From the IMG/VR virus record IMGVR_UViG_3300027747_001395: 64,000 nt of DNA. One strand, written 5' to 3'. This document shows positions 27,324 to 36,818 of the stretch, piece by piece; the stretch's first letter is position 1; each line of letters opens with the position of its first letter. The notes under the pieces are model-generated. The model was not told the origin of the DNA. It did no database searches and saw nothing but the letters and a program-made list of their open reading frames with translations. Source of the DNA: a virus. Lineage: Duplodnaviria; Heunggongvirae; Uroviricota; Caudoviricetes. A program made the position numbers and the translations under genes.

Positions 27324-28335
27324 TTTTATTACTTTTTTATTTGTAAGTACTTCACCTCAACCCTTGGTGACTATTAGACTTGATAGACTACCTCATACAG
27401 TAGAAAAGTACAAGTACGTTAACTTTAAACCTGTTATTGCGGCAGGTATTGGTAAGACTTCGCTGAATTATCTGGGCTTTAGTGGTTCAGTCCCTTCTGA
27501 AGGTTCTATTGACTGGAATAAGAATCTTAAGAAACTTTGGGCTCAAAAACTAAAAATTCAAGATGTGAGTTCTGCTACAAAAAAATCATTTACAAAGATA
27601 ACATATAGTTACATTTCCAGTCCTGCGGAAATAATGACTATAGAAAAACATATACGATTACTTGATAATCATCTAAGTAATGTCAAATCTTCCATTAAAT
27701 GGGCTAACTTATGTTCTGACTCACATCTCTCTAAGGGGTGTGAGTCATTTAAGCAAGCTTCACTCTCAATTGATGGTACAATGCTCACAGCATACTCGAT
27801 GACTGAAATTATGCCATATCAAATTGGACGTCAGAATTACGAGATGATGAATCTCTACATGCGCTATGCTGGTCGAAACTATTTAGATAAGATTCCGTCA
27901 TTGGGTGACCCACTACTTAGTATGGGACGATATCAATTCACTTCGTATGCTTTAGGTAATGATAAAGATGGACCTCGAAGTGCTAACAAGATTGCAAAGT
28001 ACTCAGATTATCCAATTCCTCAGTCTGTGATTAGACTTAAGGGTCTTTCAAGTGATCGCGCAGCATACTACTTTTCAGTCTATAACATTCGGTCATTATT
28101 TAAAGATATGTCTGCTGTACAGATTCTAAACTATAATCGGTTTTGCCGAGGTAAAGAATCTCTGACTGAGTACATTGCTACGGCACATCACAATCCTAGC
28201 AACGCCAAACGCAATATGATTCGATGGATTGATGGGAAATGCAAAAAACCTCTTGTCACATATCTGACCGGTGATCTTCCGCTCTATGCTAAGAAGACGT
28301 CAATAAATTACGTCGAGCTAAAAAATCGCATTTAA
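27310..28335 (+). CDS. Hypothetical exported protein, possible lysozyme/transglycosylase-like fold
   Basis: Hydrophobic N-terminus; SMTEIMP, MGRYQFT and TAHHNP motifs. Confidence 0.45.
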   Translation: MLLTDFITFLFVSTSPQPLVTIRLDRLPHTVEKYKYVNFKPVIAAGIGKTSLNYLGFSGSVPSEGSIDWNKNLKKLWAQKLKIQDVSSATKKSFTKITYSYISSPAEIMTIEKHIRLLDNHLSNVKSSIKWANLCSDSHLSKGCESFKQASLSIDGTMLTAYSMTEIMPYQIGRQNYEMMNLYMRYAGRNYLDKIPSLGDPLLSMGRYQFTSYALGNDKDGPRSANKIAKYSDYPIPQSVIRLKGLSSDRAAYYFSVYNIRSLFKDMSAVQILNYNRFCRGKESLTEYIATAHHNPSNAKRNMIRWIDGKCKKPLVTYLTGDLPLYAKKTSINYVELKNRI

Positions 28336-28391
28336 CTTTAAAAATCGTTTGACATTTTTGTTGGTCCGTGGTAGACTAAACTATAAGGAAT
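28336..28391 (+). repeat. 56-bp early promoter/RBS repeat, copy A
   Basis: Identical to 29092-29147; TTGACA(28349)-17-TAGACT(28372). Confidence 0.92.
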
Positions 28392-28401
28392 AGAGATCGA
28401 A

Positions 28402-28701
28402 ATGTCTAAGTTTGAAAAAGATAACTTCGAATACTTTGGTGGATACCTTCATTATCTCATTGGTGGTCATACTATGGACTGCGAACGTAAGTTTGTAGCT
28501 CGGTTCAAACATCGTGGTCCTGTTACCAAGGGTAAGTTTGTAGCTGTTCTTAAGAAGCATTACTCGGTTGAAGATTACTTTGCCAAGCTTGATGCTGGTC
28601 GTGCTCCTCTTCAAATTCTTGAAGAGGATGGTCATCTGGTCTTCCATCCCAGTGCTGATGGAAAGCGTGCATTCTTTGTTCTTTGTGGAAAGGTTCTCTA
28701 A
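28402..28701 (+). CDS. Early hypothetical protein
   Basis: Directly after promoter cassette. Confidence 0.7.
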   Translation: MSKFEKDNFEYFGGYLHYLIGGHTMDCERKFVARFKHRGPVTKGKFVAVLKKHYSVEDYFAKLDAGRAPLQILEEDGHLVFHPSADGKRAFFVLCGKVL

Positions 28702-28877
28702 TGAATTGGTTCTACTTTCCTCAGACTGTTTATATTGAAGCCCATAAGGCCTTTATGGAAAAGACTGGAGCTAAGCCATCTGAGATGGAAGCGTATTCAC
28801 TGAAAGATCCTGCGTGGTTTATCGAGGTCGTCTTTGCCCACTTGGATGGGACTGACTTTCCTGAAATGAAAGGTTAA
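28701..28877 (+). CDS. Hypothetical protein
   Basis: TAATG coupling. Confidence 0.55.
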   Translation: MNWFYFPQTVYIEAHKAFMEKTGAKPSEMEAYSLKDPAWFIEVVFAHLDGTDFPEMKG

Positions 28878-28884
28878 GTTTAAT

Positions 28885-29097
28885 ATGAAAAAGATTATTA
28901 GTTATAATATGCTCGATTGGGGAAAATTTACTCTTGGTCGAGTAGTCCAGCTTCGTACTGCTACAGATTCGTATCTCGGTCACATTACGGGCTTTAAGCT
29001 TGTCGAGCTTGATACTTATTTTGATACAGTTGTGATGGTCAAGTGGTGTGACGGGCAAGAATATGCAGTTCATCCTACAGATGTTATTCTTCTTTAA
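28885..29097 (+). CDS. Hypothetical protein (SH3-like size and pattern)
   Basis: ORF track. Confidence 0.55.
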   Translation: MKKIISYNMLDWGKFTLGRVVQLRTATDSYLGHITGFKLVELDTYFDTVVMVKWCDGQEYAVHPTDVILL

Positions 29098-29147
29098 AAA
29101 TCGTTTGACATTTTTGTTGGTCCGTGGTAGACTAAACTATAAGGAAT
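29092..29147 (+). repeat. 56-bp early promoter/RBS repeat, copy B
   Basis: Identical to 28336-28391. Confidence 0.92.
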
Positions 29148-29157
29148 GGAGATTGAC

Positions 29158-29328
29158 ATGGACGGATTTTGGATTATTCTTGAAGGTGTTGGCGGTGAAC
29201 TTGATCGTGAGTTCGTTCGTGAAGGTGACGACGTTGCATCGGCACTCAAGGAATTGCTTGATGGTGATTGGTCTAATCTTGATGCTGGAGATAAGATCTC
29301 TATCGTTGTTGGTTGGACCGAACTTTAA
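29158..29328 (+). CDS. Small acidic early protein
   Basis: After cassette RBS GGAG. Confidence 0.65.
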   Translation: MDGFWIILEGVGGELDREFVREGDDVASALKELLDGDWSNLDAGDKISIVVGWTEL

Positions 29329-29334
29329 AGGATT

Positions 29335-29619
29335 TTGATCATGACTAATCATATATCTAGCCGTAAACGTAATACCGGAGAAGTTCCTGCATCAATTGGA
29401 ATTATCCAACGTTCAAAAGAAAAGTCGTTCGAAGTTTTTGATAATCTTCCCCCAGAAATTAGAGCTATTCTTCGGGATGCTCCACACAATGCTAATTTTC
29501 GAAGTGCTAATCCTCTGTATCTACCTACTGCGGAAACCTTGCGTAAAAATCTAAAAGAACAAAGCCGAGCAATTATTCTTGCAAATTACGGACCAGATCA
29601 TCCTGCTCTGGCTGTATAA
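29335..29619 (+). CDS. Hypothetical protein
   Basis: FDNLPPEIRAIL motif; ORF track. Confidence 0.55.
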   Translation: MIMTNHISSRKRNTGEVPASIGIIQRSKEKSFEVFDNLPPEIRAILRDAPHNANFRSANPLYLPTAETLRKNLKEQSRAIILANYGPDHPALAV

Positions 29620-29676
29620 AATGGTTTACTTTTTTCTCAATATAGATTATAAGAAACTATATTGAAAGGGATTGTT

Positions 29677-30894
29677 ATGAAGTACGAATTTCCTATCATT
29701 CAGAATATCTCGGAAGTCCTTGCTGCTATCGAAGGGCACGACGAGATCACTGTCGCAAAGCGTGACGGTTATACCATCATTAATTATGCAGTTGTGATGG
29801 AGGATACGTTCCCTCCTGTGAATGTCGCTGGTGGATCAGCTAAGATGCGTGCAGAGCGTTCTAGGCACGACGCACTTCGTCGTGAATGTCGTGGTCTTGT
29901 CTTTGATAACGAGACTGGTGCGATTCTTCGTCGTCCTTATCACAAGTTCTTTAATGTCAACGAGCGTGAGGAAACTCTTGCTTCGCATGTAGATCTTTCG
30001 GTTGGTCATGCTATACTTGAGAAGCTTGACGGCTCTATGATTGCTCCTTTCATTTTCAATGGTGAACTTATCTGGGGCACTCGTTTGTGTTCGCAGGACT
30101 TTCATGATGACGTTGCTGCTTTTGTGAAGAATAATTGGGTATATGCTGCGTTTGCGGAAAATATAATTCAAAACGGATTTACTCCTATCTTTGAGTGGCA
30201 CAGCCAAAAGAACCGCATCGTTCTTGATTATGGTTCAGATGAACAGTTGATTTTGACTGCCGTTCGCAATATGAGTAACGGCGCGTATGTCAATTATAAC
30301 GTTCTTCGTGATTGGGCACTTACAAATGGAATTCCTTATGTTCGGGCTTATGATCCTCAGACTGATATGAAGGAGTTTCTTGACTATGTGCGCGACCTCA
30401 AGGATGTAGAAGGCTTCGTTGTCCGCTTTGATGATGGTCATATGCTGAAGCTTAAGTGCGACTGGTACGTCCAGATCCACAAGGCAAAGGAAGCTATTCT
30501 TCAGGATCGCAACATTGTTGAGTTGATCTTGGATGGCAAGCTTGACGATATCAAGGCTCATCTTTTGGACGATGACCGTGATCGTTTGACTAAGTTCGAG
30601 AATGACTTCAATAAGATCATTCGTCCTTTGGCTTTGAGCATCGTTGTTCAAGTTTCAAACTGTCAGCGAATTGGTAATATGGACCGTAAGACTTTTGCTC
30701 TTGATTACGCTCCTAAGATGGATGCTTTCAGTCGCCCTATTGCCTTCTCGATGTGGGATGACGTACAGTACACTGATGCTGTTGATCTTTGCGAAGTGAA
30801 GGTTCGGGCTTCTATCCGTAACAGCCTTGGTCGTACTGTGAAGTATGAAGCTATTCGTGATGTCTGGTTTCCTGGGTTGAGCTACAATGCTTAA
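29677..30894 (+). CDS. rnlA: RNA ligase 1 (RnlA-like)
   Basis: RECRGLVFD, RPYHKFFN, EKLDGSM (motif I), TPIFE, EGFVV, LKLK. Confidence 0.92.
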   Translation: MKYEFPIIQNISEVLAAIEGHDEITVAKRDGYTIINYAVVMEDTFPPVNVAGGSAKMRAERSRHDALRRECRGLVFDNETGAILRRPYHKFFNVNEREETLASHVDLSVGHAILEKLDGSMIAPFIFNGELIWGTRLCSQDFHDDVAAFVKNNWVYAAFAENIIQNGFTPIFEWHSQKNRIVLDYGSDEQLILTAVRNMSNGAYVNYNVLRDWALTNGIPYVRAYDPQTDMKEFLDYVRDLKDVEGFVVRFDDGHMLKLKCDWYVQIHKAKEAILQDRNIVELILDGKLDDIKAHLLDDDRDRLTKFENDFNKIIRPLALSIVVQVSNCQRIGNMDRKTFALDYAPKMDAFSRPIAFSMWDDVQYTDAVDLCEVKVRASIRNSLGRTVKYEAIRDVWFPGLSYNA

Positions 30895-30997
30895 TCCCAG
30901 AAAACTCAAGCGCAACGATGTGGTAATCGAACGGCTCAATCGAGGTTATGCTGATGGTGGTAAGAAAGCCAGAGACATTCTAGAAAAGAAAGTCTAA
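30887..30997 (+). CDS. 36-aa basic ORF
   Basis: Manually read; overlaps the ligase stop. Confidence 0.4.
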   Translation: MLNPRKLKRNDVVIERLNRGYADGGKKARDILEKKV

Positions 30998-31010
30998 GCT
31001 TAAAAATCGT

Positions 31011-31058
31011 TTGACATTTTTCCACAACCATGGTAGACTAAATTATGAGGAATCTGAT
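31011..31058 (+). promoter_or_regulatory. Early promoter cassette
   Basis: TTGACA-17-TAGACT with extended TGG. Confidence 0.87.
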
Positions 31059-31232
31059 ATGAACGCGTGGCTCTTTTCACTGCTTGGTGGATATCTTGTC
31101 CTTGATGTTGTCGCATCGTTTCTTTACGCAGGCAAACCACTTGCAGTTATCTTTGTCTCACTGTTTCTGATTAATTTTCTTTGGTCAATGATTATAGTCA
31201 TTTTCGGGTTGCTTTGTGGAGAGGAACGCTAA
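31059..31232 (+). CDS. Two-TM small membrane protein
   Basis: Hydrophobic; after cassette RBS. Confidence 0.6.
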   Translation: MNAWLFSLLGGYLVLDVVASFLYAGKPLAVIFVSLFLINFLWSMIIVIFGLLCGEER

Positions 31233-31399
31233 TGTTTGAATATCTTAAGCGCGGACATGAAGGTCGATATGATTTTGTTTCGTCTCAAGAACTAAATCGA
31301 CTTGGCTCAGAAGGTTGGGAACTGGTTTCAGTTGTCATATCTCGAGTTCAGGATGTAGAACAGATGATTTACTTTTTTAAGCGTGGATTAGTTCATTGA
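31232..31399 (+). CDS. Small protein, DUF4177-like
   Basis: LNRLGSEGWELVSV. Confidence 0.55.
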   Translation: MFEYLKRGHEGRYDFVSSQELNRLGSEGWELVSVVISRVQDVEQMIYFFKRGLVH

Positions 31400-31872
31400 A
31401 TAAGACTTGTACCTTTCTGATTGGTGTTCCAGCGTCGGGTAAGTCGACTTGGATTAAGAACAATGTTGACTTTAAGAAAGTCAAGGTCATCTCGACTGAC
31501 GATATTCTTGACCAAATTGCTGCCGTTCAGGGTAAGACTTACAATGAGGTCTTTAAGGATCACATTGCTGATGCGGAAAAGCAGATGTTTAATGAACTTG
31601 AACTGGCAATGATAATACACAAGGACATTGTGATTGATCGTACCAATCTCAACAGAAAGGCTAGGAATCGCTTCCTGCTGCGGATGAAGGATAATGGATA
31701 TACCTTCCATGCTATCATCTTCCCTACTCCAGGCGACGTTGAGTGGCGTAGACGCCTGGATTCTCGTCCAGGCAAGACCATTCCCGAGTTTATTCTTAAG
31801 AATATGAAGGAAGGTTTTCAGCCTATCTCGGATGATGAAGGGTTTTCCTCAGTTAAGATTAATGGGATTTAA
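31396..31872 (+). CDS. Polynucleotide kinase domain (PseT N-terminal/AAA_33-like)
   Basis: IGVPASGKSTW, ISTD, VIDRTN. Confidence 0.82.
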   Translation: MNKTCTFLIGVPASGKSTWIKNNVDFKKVKVISTDDILDQIAAVQGKTYNEVFKDHIADAEKQMFNELELAMIIHKDIVIDRTNLNRKARNRFLLRMKDNGYTFHAIIFPTPGDVEWRRRLDSRPGKTIPEFILKNMKEGFQPISDDEGFSSVKINGI

Positions 31873-32343
31873 ATGAACATCACAGTTACTGGTACTAACG
31901 AACATTTCAGTAAATTGTTAATTGAGGCTGCTAACTTTTTTGCTAATATTCTAATGGACCCTCGTATGGTTCGCAATCTTAATATTGAAGTAGAAGTTGA
32001 CAAAAATTCAGATTATGAAGGTGAGTGTATTGACGAGGAAGGAACTAAAAATCCCCGTTGGTTCACCATTAGTCTTAAACAACAAGAACTTGAGGATATG
32101 ATTAGAGTTCTTGCACATGAGATGGTTCATGTCAAACAGCATGCCAAGAACGAACTTCAATCTGGGTATGTAGTTCCTGCCCGAGGTGGTCTAAAGATTA
32201 CTTCTAAGTGGAAAGGTACTCTTTGGAAACCTAAGCGGCAGGAAGATCCTTACTTTGACAGCCCTTGGGAGCTGGAGGCGTACGGTAAGGAAGTCGGTCT
32301 TTTTCAGCGATATATAACTTTTCGAGATAAACTTATAAAATGA
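31873..32343 (+). CDS. Zn-metallopeptidase-like protein
   Basis: LAHEMVHVKQ (HExxH), PWELEAY. Confidence 0.75.
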   Translation: MNITVTGTNEHFSKLLIEAANFFANILMDPRMVRNLNIEVEVDKNSDYEGECIDEEGTKNPRWFTISLKQQELEDMIRVLAHEMVHVKQHAKNELQSGYVVPARGGLKITSKWKGTLWKPKRQEDPYFDSPWELEAYGKEVGLFQRYITFRDKLIK

Positions 32344-32344
32344 G

Positions 32345-32398
32345 TTGACATTTTTCCTGGAATGGATTATACATAATCTATAGGGAATGGAGATTGAT
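32345..32398 (+). promoter_or_regulatory. Early promoter cassette
   Basis: TTGACATTTTT...TATACA...GGAATGGAGATTGAT. Confidence 0.8.
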
Positions 32399-32620
32399 AT
32401 GAAAACTTTCACTTTTACCGCTGAACAGATCAAAGATATCTATCGGGCTGGAATTGCTCATGGTGGAGATGAAGCAACTGCATATGAACATGGTAGTTCT
32501 ACTCATCGTGATCAGTTTGAAAACTGTGTCGATGCAGTGTTTGACATTGTCAACGATGGTAAATCTTGGAAAAATTATGATTATGTCACTTGGAATACTG
32601 TCAAAGAGTGGTTCAAATGA
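32399..32620 (+). CDS. Early hypothetical protein
   Basis: After cassette RBS. Confidence 0.65.
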   Translation: MKTFTFTAEQIKDIYRAGIAHGGDEATAYEHGSSTHRDQFENCVDAVFDIVNDGKSWKNYDYVTWNTVKEWFK

Positions 32621-32883
32621 CTGAAGTCTTTGCAGTTAGGTTCTTTGAAAAGTATGATGATAGAGCGATTTTAGGTAAAACTAAAGAAGAAATTTTTGCC
32701 AAGATTTTGAAAGAACGAATTGAAGATACATATGATGGATCTTCTGACTCAATTTGGTATGAAGATGAAACCGAACACGCACTTTATATGCTCAATTCAG
32801 GTCAGGCCGAACAATTTATGACTAGTAGAATTGATTATGAGTACGAAAATTGGGAATTTATCAATTTGGAGGAAGTTCGATGA
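32617..32883 (+). CDS. Hypothetical acidic protein
   Basis: ATGA coupling. Confidence 0.6.
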   Translation: MTEVFAVRFFEKYDDRAILGKTKEEIFAKILKERIEDTYDGSSDSIWYEDETEHALYMLNSGQAEQFMTSRIDYEYENWEFINLEEVR

Positions 32884-33083
32884 TTGATATTAAGACTATC
32901 AAGATTGGTGACAAAGTTAAGGCTACCGAAGTTTGTGGTTATATTGAAGATGGACTTAAGCTAGGTACAGTTGGGATAGTTGTGGACCTTTATCCGGATT
33001 ATTGTCCATACCCCTTTGTTGTACTATTTGAGGGGCATTTGCATAATTCGGCATGCAGTGAAAAAGAACTTGAGCTTGTCTAA
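32880..33083 (+). CDS. Hypothetical protein (KOW/SH3-like)
   Basis: IKIGDKVKA..GTVGIV; ATGA coupling. Confidence 0.6.
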   Translation: MIDIKTIKIGDKVKATEVCGYIEDGLKLGTVGIVVDLYPDYCPYPFVVLFEGHLHNSACSEKELELV

Positions 33084-33097
33084 GAAAGGTCAAACAG

Positions 33098-34168
33098 ATG
33101 ATTAAGTTTCCCTCGATAGATCAATACCGGAATGTCATTCGGCATGTACAGACACATGCTCGTTTCGTTGGTAAGGACGAAAACGGAGATGCAATTTACG
33201 ATGCATCACGTCCGCTCCCAAAGCTAAAGTTTCGTGGCACTGTAAAGCTGCATGGTACTAATGCTGGTATCGTGTATGATGTTGCTACCGATACTCTCAG
33301 CTTCCAGTCTCGTGAGCGTGAACTTTCACTGATTTCGGATAACGCAGGCTTCATGCTTACTATGCTGAAGTTTAAGACTGAACTGCTAGAGTACTTCCGT
33401 GAACTTATCAGTGATGAACGCCTTGATCCTAGTCGTTCTGATAATCCTAAGAAGATTGTTATTTTTGGTGAATGGTGTGGTCGTGGCATTCAGAAGGGTG
33501 TAGCAATCAGCGAAGTTGATCGTATGTTTGTTGTCTTTGCTCACAAGGAAGTATATGCCGACGGATATACATATTGGCAAGATCTCTTTGGGGCTGGTGA
33601 AGATGTTTCTTTATCACAGGAAGCAGATAAGGTAATTCGATGGATTGGAGAGTTTCCAACTTATGAAATCGAAATTGACTTTGCTTTCCCTGAGATTGCT
33701 CAGAACAAGATGATCGAAATCACTGAAGCTGTTGAAGCTGAATGCCCAGTTGGTAAGGCTTTTGGTATTTCTGGAGTGGGGGAAGGTGTAGTTTGGACAT
33801 GTATTACACCGGGATGGAACGATTCTGGAACCTGGTTTAAGGTTAAAGGAGAACTGCATTCAGCTTCCAAGGTTAAGACACTTGCTTCGGTAGATGTAGA
33901 AGCTGTAGAAAGTCTGCGGGCTTTTGTAGAAGCTACTGTTACTGAAGCTCGTCTTGAACAGGGTTTGGACAACCTCGTCCGTGAACAGTTGCTTCCATTT
34001 GAGATGAAGAGCCTTGGTGACTTCATTCGGTGGGTCTACAACGACGTCCTGAAGGAAGAACAGGATACTCTTGTAGCTTCTGGGATTGACCCTAAGAAGC
34101 TTGGTGGAGCAATTGCTAACATTGCACGGCCTTGGTACATTCGTAAGTTTAATGAAGGAGTTAAGTAA
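33098..34168 (+). CDS. RNA ligase 2 family protein
   Basis: TVKLHGTN (motif I), FGEWCG.GIQKG, GEGVVW, FKVK. Confidence 0.88.
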   Translation: MIKFPSIDQYRNVIRHVQTHARFVGKDENGDAIYDASRPLPKLKFRGTVKLHGTNAGIVYDVATDTLSFQSRERELSLISDNAGFMLTMLKFKTELLEYFRELISDERLDPSRSDNPKKIVIFGEWCGRGIQKGVAISEVDRMFVVFAHKEVYADGYTYWQDLFGAGEDVSLSQEADKVIRWIGEFPTYEIEIDFAFPEIAQNKMIEITEAVEAECPVGKAFGISGVGEGVVWTCITPGWNDSGTWFKVKGELHSASKVKTLASVDVEAVESLRAFVEATVTEARLEQGLDNLVREQLLPFEMKSLGDFIRWVYNDVLKEEQDTLVASGIDPKKLGGAIANIARPWYIRKFNEGVK

Positions 34169-34392
34169 TGTTGATCATTTGGATACTTGGTGCTCTTGTT
34201 ATCGGTTCAGTCGGTGCTTATTTTCTTGGTCAGCAAGATCTCAGAGCTGATGTAGTAGATTTATTTTGGATCTTGTTCATGGGTGCTATTTGTTGGCCTT
34301 TTATTCTTGGTTTTGCTCTTATTATAGCTCCTTTTGCAATTCCTTTTATTTTAGGACAACGAAAGAAGAATAAGGAAAAGAAAACAAAATGA
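34168..34392 (+). CDS. Membrane protein
   Basis: Two hydrophobic helices, basic tail. Confidence 0.6.
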   Translation: MLIIWILGALVIGSVGAYFLGQQDLRADVVDLFWILFMGAICWPFILGFALIIAPFAIPFILGQRKKNKEKKTK

Positions 34393-34628
34393 GTACTATA
34401 ATAGAAGATGGAATTAAACTTATAAGCATCGACGATGAGTGGATGGATGGAAATTTCACTGTGTCTGGTCCTCGATGTGGTGATGTAGTGACAGTAAGAA
34501 AAGTTGCTGTTTATTATGCTGGTGGAGAGTTTGAACCAATTGCATGGTTTGATGAATTTCCAGGTGACACACTTAATGATGGCTTTTTTATAGGTCGAGG
34601 TGGTTTTGTGTTGGGTATTAACGGTTGA
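34389..34628 (+). CDS. Hypothetical protein
   Basis: ORF track; stop overlaps TTGACA. Confidence 0.55.
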   Translation: MSTIIEDGIKLISIDDEWMDGNFTVSGPRCGDVVTVRKVAVYYAGGEFEPIAWFDEFPGDTLNDGFFIGRGGFVLGING

Positions 34629-34654
34629 CATTTTTATAGAACTGTGATAAGACT
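34625..34654 (+). promoter_or_regulatory. Early promoter
   Basis: TTGACATTTTT...TAAGACT. Confidence 0.8.
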
Positions 34655-34673
34655 AAAATATAGGAGATAAGAT

Positions 34674-34985
34674 ATGTTTTCATTTTTTAAACGTAAAAAG
34701 ATTGTAGAAAAAGTACCAACTAGATTGGTAGAAAAAGTACCAAGTGGATTGATAGAAACTTCCCGGACTACTGGTGTACGAAAGTCAACCAATTCTAACT
34801 TTACTGAGTCTCGAGTCTACAATAACACTGATGATGTCTCGGACACATTCGGTGCAATTATGGCAGCTCAGGTTATCAGCGATGTTTCGAGCTATTCATC
34901 TTCAAGTGATAGCAGTAGTTCGTCTGATTCGTTTAGCGGCGGTGGCGGTGACTTCGGCGGCGGTGGCTCATCTGGTGATTGGTAA
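34674..34985 (+). CDS. Ser/Gly-rich tail protein
   Basis: C-terminus SFSGGGGDFGGGGSSGDW. Confidence 0.65.
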   Translation: MFSFFKRKKIVEKVPTRLVEKVPSGLIETSRTTGVRKSTNSNFTESRVYNNTDDVSDTFGAIMAAQVISDVSSYSSSSDSSSSSDSFSGGGGDFGGGGSSGDW

Positions 34986-34996
34986 GGAGAAGAAAT

Positions 34997-35224
34997 ATGC
35001 GTTATACAGGTTTATTTGAAGATTTTGATAACATTCGCGAGACACAATCTTATACCGTCTGTAAGATTATCGACGAAGCACAGAATTATATTGAGTATCT
35101 TGAAGCCAAGGAAGATACTCTTGAGCGTGTCGTAGCTTATCTTAATGAGCTTGATGCCTCGCCACTGAATGAGACCAAGGCTGAAATCCTGGCTCATCTT
35201 GCAACTCTTTTTCCTAGTGAATAA
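34997..35224 (+). CDS. Hypothetical protein
   Basis: AAGGAG RBS. Confidence 0.6.
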   Translation: MRYTGLFEDFDNIRETQSYTVCKIIDEAQNYIEYLEAKEDTLERVVAYLNELDASPLNETKAEILAHLATLFPSE

Positions 35225-35230
35225 GGATAC

Positions 35231-35845
35231 TTGATTATGTTTAAGAAGTTTACGATTGCATTTATGGCTGCTCTCATGGTTGCTACTCCTGCTATGGCAG
35301 GTAAGTTCGGTGGCGGCAGTTCGTTCTCAAGCTCGAAGTCATTCTCGAGTGGATCCAGTTTCCGATCCAGCAGCTTCAGTTCGTCCAGCTATCGTCCTAC
35401 AACCACATACCGTTCGAGCTATCAGGCAACGCGTCCTGCAGCCGTTGCTGCGGCACCTCGGTTCTCTTCTGGCTCATCATATAATACCTCACGGCCTGCT
35501 CAGTCGACTGTGGTGAATCGTTCTACGGCATCCTATGGTCGTCCTTATGGCGGTAATACCTACGTCAACCATAACTACGGTGGCGGATATGGTGGCGGTA
35601 CTTTCAGCAGCCCTTGGTTCTGGATGTGGGCAATGGATCGGCATCAGTCTCCTGTGTATGTAAATGGCGGTGGTGGATATGCTGGCGCTCCTATGATGGG
35701 TCAGCCAGGTTATGCGGCTCCTGCTTATGGATATGATGGTGGTATTCTCGGGTATATCATTTCCGTGATTGTGCAGATCATTATTCTGGTTCTTCTCATT
35801 GCTGTAATCTGGTGGGCAATCCGCAAGTTTATCTTCCGTAAGTAA
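35231..35845 (+). CDS. Gly/Ser/Tyr-rich membrane protein with signal peptide
   Basis: N-terminal signal (AALMVATPAMA), low-complexity core, C-terminal TM. Confidence 0.72.
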   Translation: MIMFKKFTIAFMAALMVATPAMAGKFGGGSSFSSSKSFSSGSSFRSSSFSSSSYRPTTTYRSSYQATRPAAVAAAPRFSSGSSYNTSRPAQSTVVNRSTASYGRPYGGNTYVNHNYGGGYGGGTFSSPWFWMWAMDRHQSPVYVNGGGGYAGAPMMGQPGYAAPAYGYDGGILGYIISVIVQIIILVLLIAVIWWAIRKFIFRK

Positions 35846-35864
35846 AATCAACTTTAAAACTTAA

Positions 35865-35898
35865 AAAAAGTGCGGCAGACTGAACCACCGCACTTTTT
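35865..35898. terminator. Bidirectional intrinsic terminator
   Basis: AAAAAGTGCGG...CCGCACTTTTT. Confidence 0.85.
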
Positions 35899-35899
35899 G

Positions 35900-35928
35900 T
35901 TGACATTTTTATCAGAATAGGTTAGACT
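35900..35928 (+). promoter_or_regulatory. Early promoter
   Basis: TTGACA-17-TAGACT. Confidence 0.85.
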
Positions 35929-35934
35929 AAGAAT

Positions 35935-36126
35935 ATGAGGATGTTAATTGTAATTCTGTTCATCACTTTGCTTGCTGCACTGATGTGGACTCCATCTGTT
36001 GATGTGTCTCCGGGTACTGAAGTCTATACTCACGAAAAGATGTGTGAGAAGAATAAGACTCTTCCCGAGTGTCAAGAGACTAAAGATAACTCGGCAGTTA
36101 TTGCCGGTATTGTAGGACAAATGTAA
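35935..36126 (+). CDS. Small exported protein
   Basis: N-terminal hydrophobic helix, Cys pair. Confidence 0.55.
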   Translation: MRMLIVILFITLLAALMWTPSVDVSPGTEVYTHEKMCEKNKTLPECQETKDNSAVIAGIVGQM

Positions 36127-36777
36127 ATGAGTAATCGTTTTGTAATCAGTGACACCCACTGGGGTCATACTAATTCGTGGGAAAAGTTTAAACTCCCTAA
36201 TGGTGATCCACTGCGTCCGTTCACCTCTACTGAAGAGATGGATGAGACTATGGTTGAGCGCTGGAATGCCAAGGTTGGTCCACATGATGTGGTCTACCAT
36301 CTGGGTGACGTTGTCATCAGCAAAAAGTCTCTGCATCATGTCAAGCGACTGAACGGTAAGAAGCGCCTGGTCCGTGGTAACCATGACATCTTCAAGGATC
36401 AGGACTATCGTGACGTTGGTTTTGATTCACTGTATGGTGTTCGTGTGTTTGTGGATAAGTTCATTCTTTCACATATCCCACTCCACCCTGATAGTGTGAC
36501 TGATCGGTTTCGCGCTTGTATCCACGGCCACCTGCACACAAACCGAGTGATGAAGCAGGTAATCGATCGTGATAATCCAGTTGGGACCAAGTATGATGGG
36601 TCTACTATCTACTCGACAAAGGAAGAAATCGATCCAAGGTATATCAGCGCATGTGTCGAATTGAACGACTATACTCCTGTTAGTTTCGAGGAAATGGAAA
36701 TCAAAATCCAAAAGCAATTTGATGATTGCGGATACCAACCACCAAAAGGATATTTTAACGGGTCTGGTCCTTCTTAA
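36127..36777 (+). CDS. Calcineurin-like phosphoesterase
   Basis: SDTHWGH, HLGDV, GNHD, LSHIP, IHGHLH. Confidence 0.9.
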   Translation: MSNRFVISDTHWGHTNSWEKFKLPNGDPLRPFTSTEEMDETMVERWNAKVGPHDVVYHLGDVVISKKSLHHVKRLNGKKRLVRGNHDIFKDQDYRDVGFDSLYGVRVFVDKFILSHIPLHPDSVTDRFRACIHGHLHTNRVMKQVIDRDNPVGTKYDGSTIYSTKEEIDPRYISACVELNDYTPVSFEEMEIKIQKQFDDCGYQPPKGYFNGSGPS

Positions 36778-36818
36778 TTCTACCAGTCTTATAACCTAGA
36801 GCAAAAGGCAGAAAGTAG

